NCBI GenBank assembly: GCA_012521995.1 | Contig: JAAYLH010000067.1 | Span: 16,478 to 80,477 of the forward strand | Direction of reading: 5' to 3' | DNA from: Bacteroidales bacterium | GTDB lineage: Bacteria > Bacteroidota > Bacteroidia > Bacteroidales > UBA7960 | Length of the DNA stretch: 64,000 nt | Shown here: piece after piece, positions 19,606-29,625 of the stretch | Position numbering within the stretch: position 1 is the first letter of the stretch | How the letters are laid out: each line of letters starts with the position of its first letter | Notes under the pieces: generated by a model | Told to the model about the DNA's origin: nothing | What the model saw: only the letters and a program-made list of their open reading frames with translations | Databases searched by the model: none | Position numbers and translations under genes: made by a program

Positions 19606-19942
19606 AGGAGCGTTATTTTGAAAACCAAGGCTCAAAAATTAAGTATCTTTGCCCCTTTTAATTGAATTAAAGCAGGTTTGAGGTGACAGATAAAAAAAAA
19701 TCCAAAGATTTCCCTTGCAATAACCGCGTATTATTACGGATAAAATTCTTTGCTGGTACTAATATTTTTGTTTGGTTGATTTTAGGCCATGACAGATAAT
19801 GGGCCAGTAAGCTCTTTGACATGTTGATTCCGGAAAATATCACTACGGTCTTGTTCGAAGAAAAAAAATATTACTTTTAAGTACCTTCGGAAGCAAGCGA
19901 TGGAGTGGCTTCAAATTTTCAGTATTTTATCAATAATCCCGC

Positions 19943-19950
19943 TATTTTTG
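19943..19950 (+). promoter_or_regulatory. Candidate -7 promoter box for the porP-gldKLMN operon
   Basis: TATTTTTG lies 33 nt upstream of the porP ATG at 19984. Confidence 0.35.
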
Positions 19951-19983
19951 CGTTACAAAAATAAAAGGAAGAAAACACCTACC

Positions 19984-20937
19984 ATGAGATTCAGGGGCTT
20001 TGCCGCATTTTTCATAAGTATCATGTTCAGTACGGTGGTTTTTGCGCAGCAGGAACCGCAGTTCAGCCACAACATGTTTAACAATATGGGGATTAACCCT
20101 GGGTATGCAGGCCTTCGCGGCGCTATTTGTGCCACAGGCCTGGCGAGGCAACAATGGCTGGGTTTTAAGGATGCTGAAGATAACCGCCTCAACCCTGAGA
20201 CCTACCTGCTGAACGTGGACGCCCCCCTTCCATTTTTAAAGGGAGGACTGGCCCTGGGTTTTATGCAGGACAAACTGGGATATGAAAACAGTGTGGGCGT
20301 CAAGCTCTCTTATGCATATCATATAAAGATGTATGGGGGCAAACTGGGAATCGGTGCTCAACTAGGGTTCTTGGACAAGCGAATAGATTTCAGCCAGTTC
20401 AACCCCATTTCGGAAGGTGACCCTGTTTTAACGGGCAGTGCTGAAGAAACCCATATGTTTACCGACTTTGCTTTGGGAGCATTCTTTCTGACCGACAGCC
20501 GTTCGTGGGCAGGTCTTTCCTTCACCCAGTTAAGGCAAGCCAAAGGGCAGATTGGGGAAAGCAACCACTTGCTGAAACGCCACGCTTACTTTACCGGCGG
20601 ATACGCTATGCCATTTCCAAATAACCCAATTTTTGAGCTAACCCCCTCCTTATTGGTAAAAACAGACCTTGCATCGGTACAAATTGACGTAAACGCCATG
20701 GTCACATACAATAAAAGGTTTTGGGGTGGCGTTAGTTACAGACTGCAAGACGCCGTAGTGTTTCTTTTCGGACTCAATATCGAGCAGATCAGCGTGGGAT
20801 ATTCCTACGACTTCACGACCTCCCCCTTGGGAAGAAGAGGCCGCAGTTTCGGAAGCCACGAAATCATGCTCCAATATTGCTTCGATCTGGATCTGGATAA
20901 AATCAGGGAAATACAAAGGAATGTTCGTTTTCTCTGA
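19984..20937 (+). CDS. porP: T9SS outer-membrane protein, PorP/SprF family
   Basis: A signal peptide (MRFRGFAAFFISIMFSTVVFAQ) is followed by the family N-terminal motif QEPQFSHNMFNNMGINPGYAG. The C-terminal region looks like a beta-barrel, and the gene sits directly upstream of gldK. Confidence 0.8.
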   Translation: MRFRGFAAFFISIMFSTVVFAQQEPQFSHNMFNNMGINPGYAGLRGAICATGLARQQWLGFKDAEDNRLNPETYLLNVDAPLPFLKGGLALGFMQDKLGYENSVGVKLSYAYHIKMYGGKLGIGAQLGFLDKRIDFSQFNPISEGDPVLTGSAEETHMFTDFALGAFFLTDSRSWAGLSFTQLRQAKGQIGESNHLLKRHAYFTGGYAMPFPNNPIFELTPSLLVKTDLASVQIDVNAMVTYNKRFWGGVSYRLQDAVVFLFGLNIEQISVGYSYDFTTSPLGRRGRSFGSHEIMLQYCFDLDLDKIREIQRNVRFL

Positions 20938-21014
20938 GTGCCTTCTGGAAACTTTTTAAGCATTTTAACCAATAGATCAACATAATTAAAGTGGTCAATT
21001 AACTTGAGATTACC

Positions 21015-22313
21015 ATGAAAAAACTGATTTTTATTGCTGTGGCGACGGTTCTTTTTGCCAGTTGTGACAAATCTGGTCGCGGACACCTAACCGGTGTGCT
21101 CGATCGACCGGATTCCTTTTATGGCGATCCTCCAGGGATGGTTTTTGTTCCTATGGGGAGTTTCCTCATGGGCCCCTCCGATGAGGACGTTGCATATGGG
21201 CACAACGCCATTTCAAAAACCATCTCCATGCCTGCCTTCTATATGGATGAGACAGAAATCACCAACAATCAGTACCGGCAATTTGTGTTTTGGGTGCGAG
21301 ACTCCCTTGCGCATACCCTGTTGGCCTCTGTTGACGAGAACCATCTCATTGAAGAAGATCAGTATGGCAACCTGCTGGATCCCCCGCTGATTGACTGGAA
21401 GACCAAGATCCGCTGGGATGGTGAAGAGGAGCGTGAAGTGCTTGCCGAGCTATATCTGCCCGAGCATGAGCGTTTTTTCAACAGGCGTGAAATTGACAGC
21501 CGCAAACTGATCTATCGGTATTATACCATTGACCTGACCCGTGCTGCCCGCCGTTCGGAGCGCAACACTCCCCGTAGTGAGCTGGTTTATGAATATCAGA
21601 CGCCGGTATATCCCGACACCCTTGCCTGGATCCACGACTTCACCTATTCGTATAATGAGCCTATGACGGAAAAATATTTCTGGCATCCCACCTATGACCA
21701 CTATCCTGTTGTTGGTGTCAACTGGCTTCAGGCCCGGGCTTTCACCATTTGGAGGACCCAGTACCTGAACAGCTATCTTGCCAGCAAAGATCAGCCCTTT
21801 GCCATGGAGTTCTCGCTGCCTTCAGAGGCACAGTGGGAATATGCCGCCAGGGGTGGACTCGACCTGAACCCCTATCCATGGGGCGGTCCCTACATCCGCA
21901 ACCAAGATGGCTGCTTTCTTGCCAACTTCAAGCCGCTCAGGGGTAATTACATCGATGACGGTGGATACCAGACCGTTATCGTAGGGCACTACCCCCCCAA
22001 CGATTATGGCCTGTATGATATGTCGGGCAACGTTGCCGAATGGACCCGTAATGCTTACGATGAATCGTTTTACGTATTTGGCCACGATATGAACCCCGAC
22101 TTCCAGATTGAAGCTAAGCCCGATGATCCTGAGACCATGAAGCGCAAAGTCGTTCGCGGCGGCTCGTGGAAAGACATCGGATACTTCCTGCAGGTTAGTA
22201 CCCGCACATACGAATACCAGGATACGGCTAAGTCCTACATTGGTTTCCGTTGCATCCAGACTTATCCCGGACGCGACCGCAATGATGGGCGAGGAGCCTC
22301 CAACGTTTACTAA
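21015..22313 (+). CDS. gldK: T9SS/gliding lipoprotein GldK (PorK), FGE-sulfatase (SUMF1) fold
   Basis: The lipobox is MKKLIFIAVATVLFASC. Family blocks GMVFVPMGSFLMG, YPVVGVNWLQA, GNVAEWT and RGGSW are present. Confidence 0.9.
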   Translation: MKKLIFIAVATVLFASCDKSGRGHLTGVLDRPDSFYGDPPGMVFVPMGSFLMGPSDEDVAYGHNAISKTISMPAFYMDETEITNNQYRQFVFWVRDSLAHTLLASVDENHLIEEDQYGNLLDPPLIDWKTKIRWDGEEEREVLAELYLPEHERFFNRREIDSRKLIYRYYTIDLTRAARRSERNTPRSELVYEYQTPVYPDTLAWIHDFTYSYNEPMTEKYFWHPTYDHYPVVGVNWLQARAFTIWRTQYLNSYLASKDQPFAMEFSLPSEAQWEYAARGGLDLNPYPWGGPYIRNQDGCFLANFKPLRGNYIDDGGYQTVIVGHYPPNDYGLYDMSGNVAEWTRNAYDESFYVFGHDMNPDFQIEAKPDDPETMKRKVVRGGSWKDIGYFLQVSTRTYEYQDTAKSYIGFRCIQTYPGRDRNDGRGASNVY

Positions 22314-22376
22314 TATTCAAACAATCCTTTGTAACTCCATTTCTGTTCATTTATTAACCCTTTCAGAAAAAGCCTT

Positions 22377-23411
22377 ATGAAATTCGTAAAAACCAAAGCT
22401 TGGAAAATCTTCATGTCCAGACTATATGGATGGGGCGCCTCAATCGTTATCCTCGGTGCTTTATTTAAAATTCAGCACTATCCTTTTGCCGGCCTAATGT
22501 TGGTTGTAGGTATGGTTACTGAGGCCATTGTATTTTTCTTCTCGGCTTTTGAGCCAATTCACGAAGAATATAACTGGGCTCTCGTTTACCCTGAGCTTGC
22601 CGGACTTGATGATGTTGAACCCCGCAAGCATGATGCTCACCGTTTGGTAAGCCAAAACGTTACGGTATCGAATACCCTTGACAAATTGCTTGAAGACGCC
22701 AATATTGGGCCGGAGCTCATCGGCAACCTGAGCAAGGGCTTGCATAACCTGAGTGAGAATGCAGCAAAGATGGCAGATCTTTCCAATGCAGCTGTAATTA
22801 CCAATGGTTACATTCAGAATGTGGAAGCAGCTTCAAAATCCGTTGTTGAGCTTAGCCATTCCTATAAGAATGCTGCTGAATTCCTCAAGCACGACCTGAG
22901 TCTTTCACAGGAATACGGCAACAGCCTGAAGAGTGCTGTTACCTCAATGAACCAATTGAGCGAGACCTATCAGAAAACCGCCCAGACGGCTAAGGAAAGC
23001 TTGGACGTATCATCGCAGTTCAATAGCAGTATAAAAAATGTTACCTCATATACCGACCAACTTGGTGAGAGCTACAGCAAGAATGCTTCATTGCTGACCA
23101 AAGCTGTTGAGGCCCTGGAAGGGAATGCCACCAGCGGGAAGACCTATAGCGAGCAGCTCCAGAAAACCGCCAACAACCTGATGGCGCTCAACGCTGCTTA
23201 CGAGTTGCAATTACAGGCTGCAGGAAATCAGTCGGATTCCACCGAAAAACTGCATAAGGCTGTAGGCTCTCTTGTTGACAACCTTAACGATTCGCTCAGC
23301 AACACCAAGCAGTACAAGGAGGAAATTGAAAAGCTCAATGCAAACATCCGTGCCCTGAACAGCGTTTATGGCAACATGCTGTCGGCCATGAATTTCAACA
23401 CCCCTCGCTAA
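22377..23411 (+). CDS. gldL: T9SS/gliding motor protein GldL (PorL)
   Basis: Two N-terminal TM helices carry the conserved motif (GASIVILGALFKIQHYPFAG...VTEAIVFFFSAFEP). A long cytoplasmic helical region follows. Confidence 0.85.
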   Translation: MKFVKTKAWKIFMSRLYGWGASIVILGALFKIQHYPFAGLMLVVGMVTEAIVFFFSAFEPIHEEYNWALVYPELAGLDDVEPRKHDAHRLVSQNVTVSNTLDKLLEDANIGPELIGNLSKGLHNLSENAAKMADLSNAAVITNGYIQNVEAASKSVVELSHSYKNAAEFLKHDLSLSQEYGNSLKSAVTSMNQLSETYQKTAQTAKESLDVSSQFNSSIKNVTSYTDQLGESYSKNASLLTKAVEALEGNATSGKTYSEQLQKTANNLMALNAAYELQLQAAGNQSDSTEKLHKAVGSLVDNLNDSLSNTKQYKEEIEKLNANIRALNSVYGNMLSAMNFNTPR

Positions 23412-23459
23412 GATTAAAACATTCGTAAAAGCCAATCTTACAAAGAAAGGATATAAATT

Positions 23460-25052
23460 ATGGCAGCAGGTAAGCTAACACCCAGGCAAAGGATGATCAA
23501 CCTTATGTACCTGGTCTTCCTGGCCTTGATGGCGCTCAACGTCTCTGTCGAGGTGCTGGACTCTTTCCCCTTGATCAACAAGGGGATCGAGCAAACCAAC
23601 ACCAACCTCGACCAGAAGATTCAGACCGTCATGAATGACTTTGAAATGCAGGAAGTCATTAGCGCAGAGAAGGTACAACCCTTCTATGATGAAGCAAAAG
23701 AGGTCAGACAACTGTCGAATGAGTTAATTGAATACATTATCCAATCCAGGGCCCAGATGATTTCGGCGGTTGATGGTATCCCTCTTGAGCAGGCTGCAGA
23801 ATTGAATCTTCTGGACCTGAACAATAAGGATAACTACAGTGTCTCTTCGAAATTCTGGCTACAGGATAATAACCAGGATCCCATGCAACCGGGCGGCCGC
23901 GGCACCCGTGCCCATGAGTTGTACCAGAAATTGTCAGAATTCAAGGAATCGCTCACCAAAGTCCTTGAAGAGCACCAATTGCAGGATGCTGTAAAACTCG
24001 GGCTGGACCTGGATGGGCCTTATTATCTCCCTAACAGTTCAGTAGAGATTAACTGGCAACAGCACATGTTTGACAGGGTAATCCCGGTAGCAGTTGCCAC
24101 CAACCTCACCCGGCTGATCACAGAAATCCGCAACTCAGAATTTGACGTTGTAAACACCTTGTTTGGGGCAATTTCGGCCGATGACTTTAAATTTGATAAC
24201 ATTGCAGCCAGGGTTGTTCCCGTAAGTCAGATCGTGCTTTCAGGCGAAGCCTATGAAGCGGACATCTTCGTGGCTGCTTATGACTCAAAACAGCAGCCCG
24301 AAATTATTGTGAACGGCCAGCGGATTTCTGCCGAAGGCGGTGTGGGTAAACTCCGCATCCCTGCCTCAGGAACCGGCTCAAGATCGTTCAGCGGGGTGAT
24401 CAGAGTTACCAACCCTGCGGGTATCCCCCAGGAATACCCCTTCCAGAGCAGTTTTATGGTTCAACAGCCTTCTGTAACGGTTTCTGCCGACAAGATGAAC
24501 CTATTCTATATAGGGGTAGACAACCCTGTATCGATTTCGGTACCTGGTGTACCCACCGAAAGCGTTCGTCCTTCCATCTCTGCAGGGGCAACTCTCACTC
24601 CCAGAGGAGGTACGGGCTATACGGTAAGGGTTAGCCCAGGCACCACAGAAGTGCGCATTACTGTTAATGCAGTCGTTGAAGGCAGCAGCCGTAGCATGGG
24701 TACCCAGGTATTCAGGGTAAGAAACGTTCCGGACCCCGTGGCTTATATTGCAAATAGAAGGGAAGGCCGTATCACCCGTGAAGAGCTTGCTCTGGCAGGG
24801 GCTATTATCCCTCGTCTGGAGAACTTTGAGTTCGACATGAACTTTGAGATTGCCAACTTCACCATGGCCACCCAGGTAGGAGGAGACTTCAGGACCTTCT
24901 CAGGCGGTGGAAACCGCTTCACCCAGGAAATGCTTTCGGTGATCAACAACGCTTCACGCGGACAACGCATCATCTTTGAAAACATTACTACCAGGCCAGG
25001 ACCAGATGGCAGAACCAGGACCTTGTCGCCCATATCATTTACAATTAACTAA
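23460..25052 (+). CDS. gldM: T9SS/gliding protein GldM (PorM)
   Basis: The N-terminus is KLTPRQRMINLMYLVFLALMALNVS, a single TM helix. A large periplasmic region follows. Confidence 0.9.
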   Translation: MAAGKLTPRQRMINLMYLVFLALMALNVSVEVLDSFPLINKGIEQTNTNLDQKIQTVMNDFEMQEVISAEKVQPFYDEAKEVRQLSNELIEYIIQSRAQMISAVDGIPLEQAAELNLLDLNNKDNYSVSSKFWLQDNNQDPMQPGGRGTRAHELYQKLSEFKESLTKVLEEHQLQDAVKLGLDLDGPYYLPNSSVEINWQQHMFDRVIPVAVATNLTRLITEIRNSEFDVVNTLFGAISADDFKFDNIAARVVPVSQIVLSGEAYEADIFVAAYDSKQQPEIIVNGQRISAEGGVGKLRIPASGTGSRSFSGVIRVTNPAGIPQEYPFQSSFMVQQPSVTVSADKMNLFYIGVDNPVSISVPGVPTESVRPSISAGATLTPRGGTGYTVRVSPGTTEVRITVNAVVEGSSRSMGTQVFRVRNVPDPVAYIANRREGRITREELALAGAIIPRLENFEFDMNFEIANFTMATQVGGDFRTFSGGGNRFTQEMLSVINNASRGQRIIFENITTRPGPDGRTRTLSPISFTIN

Positions 25053-25083
25053 TACCAGATTAAATCATTTGGAGGTTATTCCC

Positions 25084-25929
25084 ATGGCTAAAAATGCAAT
25101 AGTAATCACAATGCTGGGACTCTTGTTCTCCCTGCAATCCGTTGCCCAGGTTATAGAAACCACACGTGATGGTTTCTATGACAAAGTAACGATAGAAGAA
25201 AAAGAACCCGCTGTATTGCCTTACGTAAGAGAAGCTGATGTCTTCATGGCAAAAAGGGTATGGCAGGTAATTGACATGCGGGAGAAAATGAACCAGCCCC
25301 TGTATTTCCCCATCACCCCCACCAACAGCCGCCGCAGCCTCATGCAGGTTTTGGTCGATGCAATCAGGGAAGGATCTGTTACAGCCTACAGCGTTGATAA
25401 TGATGAGTTTACAATCCCCATGACGCCTGAACAATTGTTCTCAAACCTTGAGCGGAAGCAAACCATCACCATGCAACGACCAGAACCTCCGTACCTGGAA
25501 TATGACACAACCCTAACCATTTCCTTTAACCCTGCGGATGTGATCCGTTTCAGGATCAAGGAAGAATGGTTCTTCGACAGCAAGCGTTCTGTCCTTGATG
25601 TCAGAGTCCTAGGGATTTGCCCTGTAAGGGACAACATCGACCCTCTTACCGGTGAGTCGCGTGGTGATGAGCCCCTGTTCTGGGTCTATTACCCCGATGC
25701 AAGGAAAACCCTGGCGAATGCCGAGGTATTTAACCGTCATAATGATGCACAGCGCATGTCGTATGACGATATGTTCCTGCGCAGATTCTTCAGTAGCTAC
25801 GTATACAAGGAGTCGAATGTTCACGATCGCCGTATTCAGGATTACTACAGTGGCCTGGATGCCCTGCTCGAGGCGGAAAGAGTGAAGGAAGCCATTCGCA
25901 ATTTTGAACACGACCTCTGGGAATACTAG
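25084..25929 (+). CDS. gldN: T9SS/gliding periplasmic ring protein GldN (PorN)
   Basis: The ATG at 25084 gives the signal peptide MAKNAIVITMLGLLFSLQSVAQ. The EEWFFD and WVYYPDAR blocks are present and the gene directly follows gldM. The ORF-track start at 24976 would overlap gldM. Confidence 0.85.
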   Translation: MAKNAIVITMLGLLFSLQSVAQVIETTRDGFYDKVTIEEKEPAVLPYVREADVFMAKRVWQVIDMREKMNQPLYFPITPTNSRRSLMQVLVDAIREGSVTAYSVDNDEFTIPMTPEQLFSNLERKQTITMQRPEPPYLEYDTTLTISFNPADVIRFRIKEEWFFDSKRSVLDVRVLGICPVRDNIDPLTGESRGDEPLFWVYYPDARKTLANAEVFNRHNDAQRMSYDDMFLRRFFSSYVYKESNVHDRRIQDYYSGLDALLEAERVKEAIRNFEHDLWEY

Positions 25930-25944
25930 TATTGCCAAGCCAAA

Positions 25945-25983
25945 GAAAAAAAGCTGCAACCTAAAGGTGGGCAGCTTTTTTTC
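25945..25983. terminator. Bidirectional rho-independent terminator between gldN (+) and fumC (-)
   Basis: An A-run is followed by AGCTGC...GCAGCT (25952..25957 and 25971..25976) and then a T-run. Confidence 0.6.
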
Positions 25984-25994
25984 TTTTTGGGGCC

Positions 25995-27374
25995 TTATAT
26001 CATTTTCGAAGGATCTACCCAGCGATCGAAATCCATTGCCGTCACCAGCCCAAGCTGAATGGCAGCTTCCTTAAGGCTCAGGTTCTCTTCATAAGCCTTT
26101 TTAGCCACCTTTGCCGCATTGTCGTACCCAATGTGTGGGTTAAGCGCGGTGACCAACATCAGGGAGTTGTTCAAGTGCTCCCTGATACGGGGTTTATTTG
26201 CCTCAATGCCGCTAACAGCATTGTCTGTAAATGAATGGCAGGCATCAGCAATCAACCGCGCTGACTGCAAAAGATTGTATATCATTACAGGTTTGAACAC
26301 ATTAAGCTGGAAATGTCCATTCATTCCTCCTGCCGTAATTGCAGCATCATTGCCGATTACCTGTGCCGCAACCATTGTAATGGCTTCCGACTGCGTGGGG
26401 TTAACCTTGCCTGGCATAATGGAGCTTCCCGGCTCATTGGTAGGAAGGATGATCTCCCCTATCCCACTGCGTGGGCCTGAGGCCAGCATCCTGATATCAT
26501 TGGCAATCTTCATCAGGCTGACTGCAATGGTTTTCAATGCACCGCTTGTCTCCACAATGGCATCGTGAGCCGCCATGGCTTCAAACTTATTGGGTGCAGT
26601 TACAAATGGGTGGGCCGTAAGTTCGGCAATCTTTTCAGCCACTTTCTTGGCAAAACCTTTAGGGGCATTTATTCCCGTTCCCACAGCAGTGCCCCCCAGG
26701 GCAAGTTCACTTAAGTGATCCAGCGTATTTTTCAGAGCCTTGATGCCATGGTCAATTTGTGCGGCAAATCCCGAAAACTCCTGGCCAAGAGTCAAGGGGG
26801 TTGCATCCATCAGATGGGTGCGGCCAATCTTTACGATATCATTGAACATTTCAGCTTTCTGGTCGAGGGCATGCTGAAGTTTTCTCAGGGCAGGAATGGT
26901 CTTTTCAACAATCATGGAATAGGCTGCTATGTGCATAGCAGTAGGAAAGGTATCGTTAGAAGACTGGGATTTGTTGACATGGTCATTCGGGTGTACTTTT
27001 TTCTCGCGTGCTCCCAATTGCCCCCCCATAATCTCGTGAGCACGACTGGCAATGACCTCATTCAGATTCATATTGGTCTGGGTTCCACTGCCAGTTTGCC
27101 ATACCACCAGGGGGAAGTTGCCTTCCAGATGACCATCAAGTATTTCATCACAAGCCTGGACTATTGGCTCCATCAAGGCCCTGGAGAGCACCCCCAAGTC
27201 GTGGTTAACGATGGCTGCAGCCTTTTTCAGGATGGCAAAAGCCGGAATCACTTCGCGCGGCATCAGTTCCCCGCCAATTTTAAAGTTCTGCAATGAGCGC
27301 TGGGTTTGAGCACCCCAGTAACGATTATCAGGAACCTCAACAGGACCCATGGTATCATATTCCGTTCTGTACAT
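25995..27374 (-). CDS. fumC: Fumarate hydratase, class II
   Basis: The translation has [15 protein letters not shown]...YWGAQTQRS and the signature [15 protein letters not shown]. Confidence 0.92.
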   Translation of the reverse strand: MYRTEYDTMGPVEVPDNRYWGAQTQRSLQNFKIGGELMPREVIPAFAILKKAAAIVNHDLGVLSRALMEPIVQACDEILDGHLEGNFPLVVWQTGSGTQTNMNLNEVIASRAHEIMGGQLGAREKKVHPNDHVNKSQSSNDTFPTAMHIAAYSMIVEKTIPALRKLQHALDQKAEMFNDIVKIGRTHLMDATPLTLGQEFSGFAAQIDHGIKALKNTLDHLSELALGGTAVGTGINAPKGFAKKVAEKIAELTAHPFVTAPNKFEAMAAHDAIVETSGALKTIAVSLMKIANDIRMLASGPRSGIGEIILPTNEPGSSIMPGKVNPTQSEAITMVAAQVIGNDAAITAGGMNGHFQLNVFKPVMIYNLLQSARLIADACHSFTDNAVSGIEANKPRIREHLNNSLMLVTALNPHIGYDNAAKVAKKAYEENLSLKEAAIQLGLVTAMDFDRWVDPSKMI

Positions 27375-27485
27375 CTCTATTGTTGTTTTTGTTGAACAAA
27401 AAACACCCCGAGTCCTTCCCCGGGATGATTTAATCCCTGGATTGATGTTTAAACGAAAGGCCTGCTGAAGATGTTCAACCCTCCC

Positions 27486-29102
27486 TCAGATCATACGGTA
27501 GAAATCATTTCCTTTATCATCAACCAGGATAAAAGCCGGAAAATCCTCCACTTCAATGCGGTATATGGCTTCCATACCCAGTTCGGGGTATTCCAGCAGT
27601 TCAACTTTATGAATATTCTCTTCGGCCAGGGCGGCAGCAGGACCTCCAATACTTCCCAGGTAAAACCCACCATACTTCTTGCAGGCATCCGTCACCTGCT
27701 GGCTGCGGTTACCCTTGGCAATCATGACCATACTACCCCCATGCTGTTGAAACAAGTCAACATACGAATCCATCCTACCAGCCGTAGTGGGGCCAAATGA
27801 ACCTGAAGGCAGGCCCTGAGGTCTCTTGGCAGGACCTGCATAGTAAATGGGATGATCTTTCAGGTATTGCGGGAGACCTTCTCCTTTCTTGAGCCGTTCT
27901 TTAAGCTTGGCATGGGCTATGTCGCGGCCCACGATGATTGTTCCCGTAAGCGACAAGCGTGTGCCCACAGTATGTTTTGAAAGCAAGGCCAAAATTTCCT
28001 TCATGGGTTGGTTGAGGTCGACCCTTACCCCTCCCCCTTCACCAGCCTTACGATAAGCCTGGGGAATGTAGCGTCCGGGGTTATCTTCGAGCTTTTCTAT
28101 CCATAACCCATCCTTATTGATTTTGGCTTTAATGTTGCGATCTGCCGAGCAAGACACGCCCATACCCACGGGACAGGAAGCCCCGTGACGTGGCAAGCGA
28201 ATAATACGGATATCAAGGGCAAAATGTTTCCCCCCAAACTGTGCACCAATACCCAGTTTATAGGAAGTTTTCAGCACCATTTCTTCCAATTCCCTGTCAC
28301 GAAAAGCTTGTCCGTGTTCATTGCCTGTGGTTGGCAGGGCATCGTAATACCCGGCACTGGCCAGCTTTACTGTTTTCAGGCAGGCCTCGGCCGAAGTGCC
28401 TCCAATCACAAATGCTACCCGATAAGGAGGACAAGCTGCCGTTCCAAGCGAGCGAAGCTTCTCCGTTAAATACGATTCCAATTTCTCAGGATTCAGCAAG
28501 GCTTTGGTCTCCTGGTAAAGAGCCATTTTATTGGCCGAGCCGCCCCCCTTGGCAACAAACAGAAAATCGTACTCCATCCCCTGGCTGCTGCGGATATCAA
28601 TTTGGGCGGGCAGGTTGGTGCCTGTGTTCTTTTCCTTATACATGTCGAGCGGCACAGTTTGCGAATAGCGAAGATTCTCTTCAGTATAGGTCTGATACAC
28701 CCCTTTGGAGATGGCTTCATAATCATTAATGCCAGTCCATACCTGTTGTCCTTTGTGGGCAAAGACGGTTGCGGTTCCCGTGTCCTGACAGATTGGCAAG
28801 ATCCCTTTGGCTGAAATCTCGGCATTGTGTAACAAGGTGAGGGCAACATACTTATCATTGTCGCTTGCCTCAGGGTCATTGAGGATAGCCGCCAGTTGTT
28901 TCAGGTGTTTGCTGCGAAGCAGGAAGGCTGCATCGCGAAAAGCGGCACGACTGATCAGCGTCAGGGCTTCCGCAGAAACCTTAAGAATGGGCGTGCCCTC
29001 AAATTCCGAGATGCTCACATAGTCGCCACTTAGTTTGAAGTATTGCGTTTTGTCTGGCCCTAAAGGATAGGGTTCCTGGTAAAAAAAGGCTGGTGTTGCC
29101 AT
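27486..29102 (-). CDS. Fumarate hydratase, class I (Fe-S type hydro-lyase, fused alpha/beta)
   Basis: The 538-aa product has the ICQDTGTA block, GGGSANK, and a C-terminal beta-domain. Confidence 0.85.
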   Translation of the reverse strand: MATPAFFYQEPYPLGPDKTQYFKLSGDYVSISEFEGTPILKVSAEALTLISRAAFRDAAFLLRSKHLKQLAAILNDPEASDNDKYVALTLLHNAEISAKGILPICQDTGTATVFAHKGQQVWTGINDYEAISKGVYQTYTEENLRYSQTVPLDMYKEKNTGTNLPAQIDIRSSQGMEYDFLFVAKGGGSANKMALYQETKALLNPEKLESYLTEKLRSLGTAACPPYRVAFVIGGTSAEACLKTVKLASAGYYDALPTTGNEHGQAFRDRELEEMVLKTSYKLGIGAQFGGKHFALDIRIIRLPRHGASCPVGMGVSCSADRNIKAKINKDGLWIEKLEDNPGRYIPQAYRKAGEGGGVRVDLNQPMKEILALLSKHTVGTRLSLTGTIIVGRDIAHAKLKERLKKGEGLPQYLKDHPIYYAGPAKRPQGLPSGSFGPTTAGRMDSYVDLFQQHGGSMVMIAKGNRSQQVTDACKKYGGFYLGSIGGPAAALAEENIHKVELLEYPELGMEAIYRIEVEDFPAFILVDDKGNDFYRMI

Positions 29103-29265
29103 AGCTCATGGTTTTTAGTGGTACGGCCCGGGATTTTTAATGGATGCTTAAAAATAGGGCAAAATTTAATAATATCACAAATTTTGAGACCATAAAAACC
29201 TGAAATCCACTTAAATTTGCTCAAAAGCCTGTATTGCCATAAATCTGGCCTCAGTCTTTTTTAAC

Positions 29266-29273
29266 TATCTTTG
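29266..29273 (+). promoter_or_regulatory. Candidate -7 promoter box 5 nt upstream of the rbfA ATG, which implies a leaderless or near-leaderless mRNA
   Basis: TATCTTTG ends at 29273 and the ATG is at 29279. Confidence 0.3.
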
Positions 29274-29278
29274 CACCT

Positions 29279-29614
29279 ATGGAATCAAATCGACAAAAAA
29301 AGATTTCCCGTCTGCTGCAAAAAGACCTGGGAGAGATCCTGCAACAAGAAGGCCGCAGCTGGTTTCCGGGTGCCCTGATCACCGTCACTAAAGTGCAAGT
29401 TACCAGTGACCTGGCCCTTGCCAAGACCTATCTCAGCATCTTCGGCAAACCTGCTCCCGAGACCCTAAAACAGGTTGAAATCCATACCAAAGAGATCCGC
29501 CATAATTTGGGCCTGAGGGTAAAAAACCAGTTGCGACACATTCCCGACCTGCGGTTCTATATTGATGACAGCCTCGACTACATCGAAAACATAGAACGTC
29601 TGCTAAAAGAATAA
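29279..29614 (+). CDS. rbfA: Ribosome-binding factor A
   Basis: The 111-aa product has RQKKISRLLQKDLGEILQ and a VQVTSDLALAKTYLS block. Confidence 0.85.
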   Translation: MESNRQKKISRLLQKDLGEILQQEGRSWFPGALITVTKVQVTSDLALAKTYLSIFGKPAPETLKQVEIHTKEIRHNLGLRVKNQLRHIPDLRFYIDDSLDYIENIERLLKE

Positions 29615-29625
29615 ACAAGGGCCCG

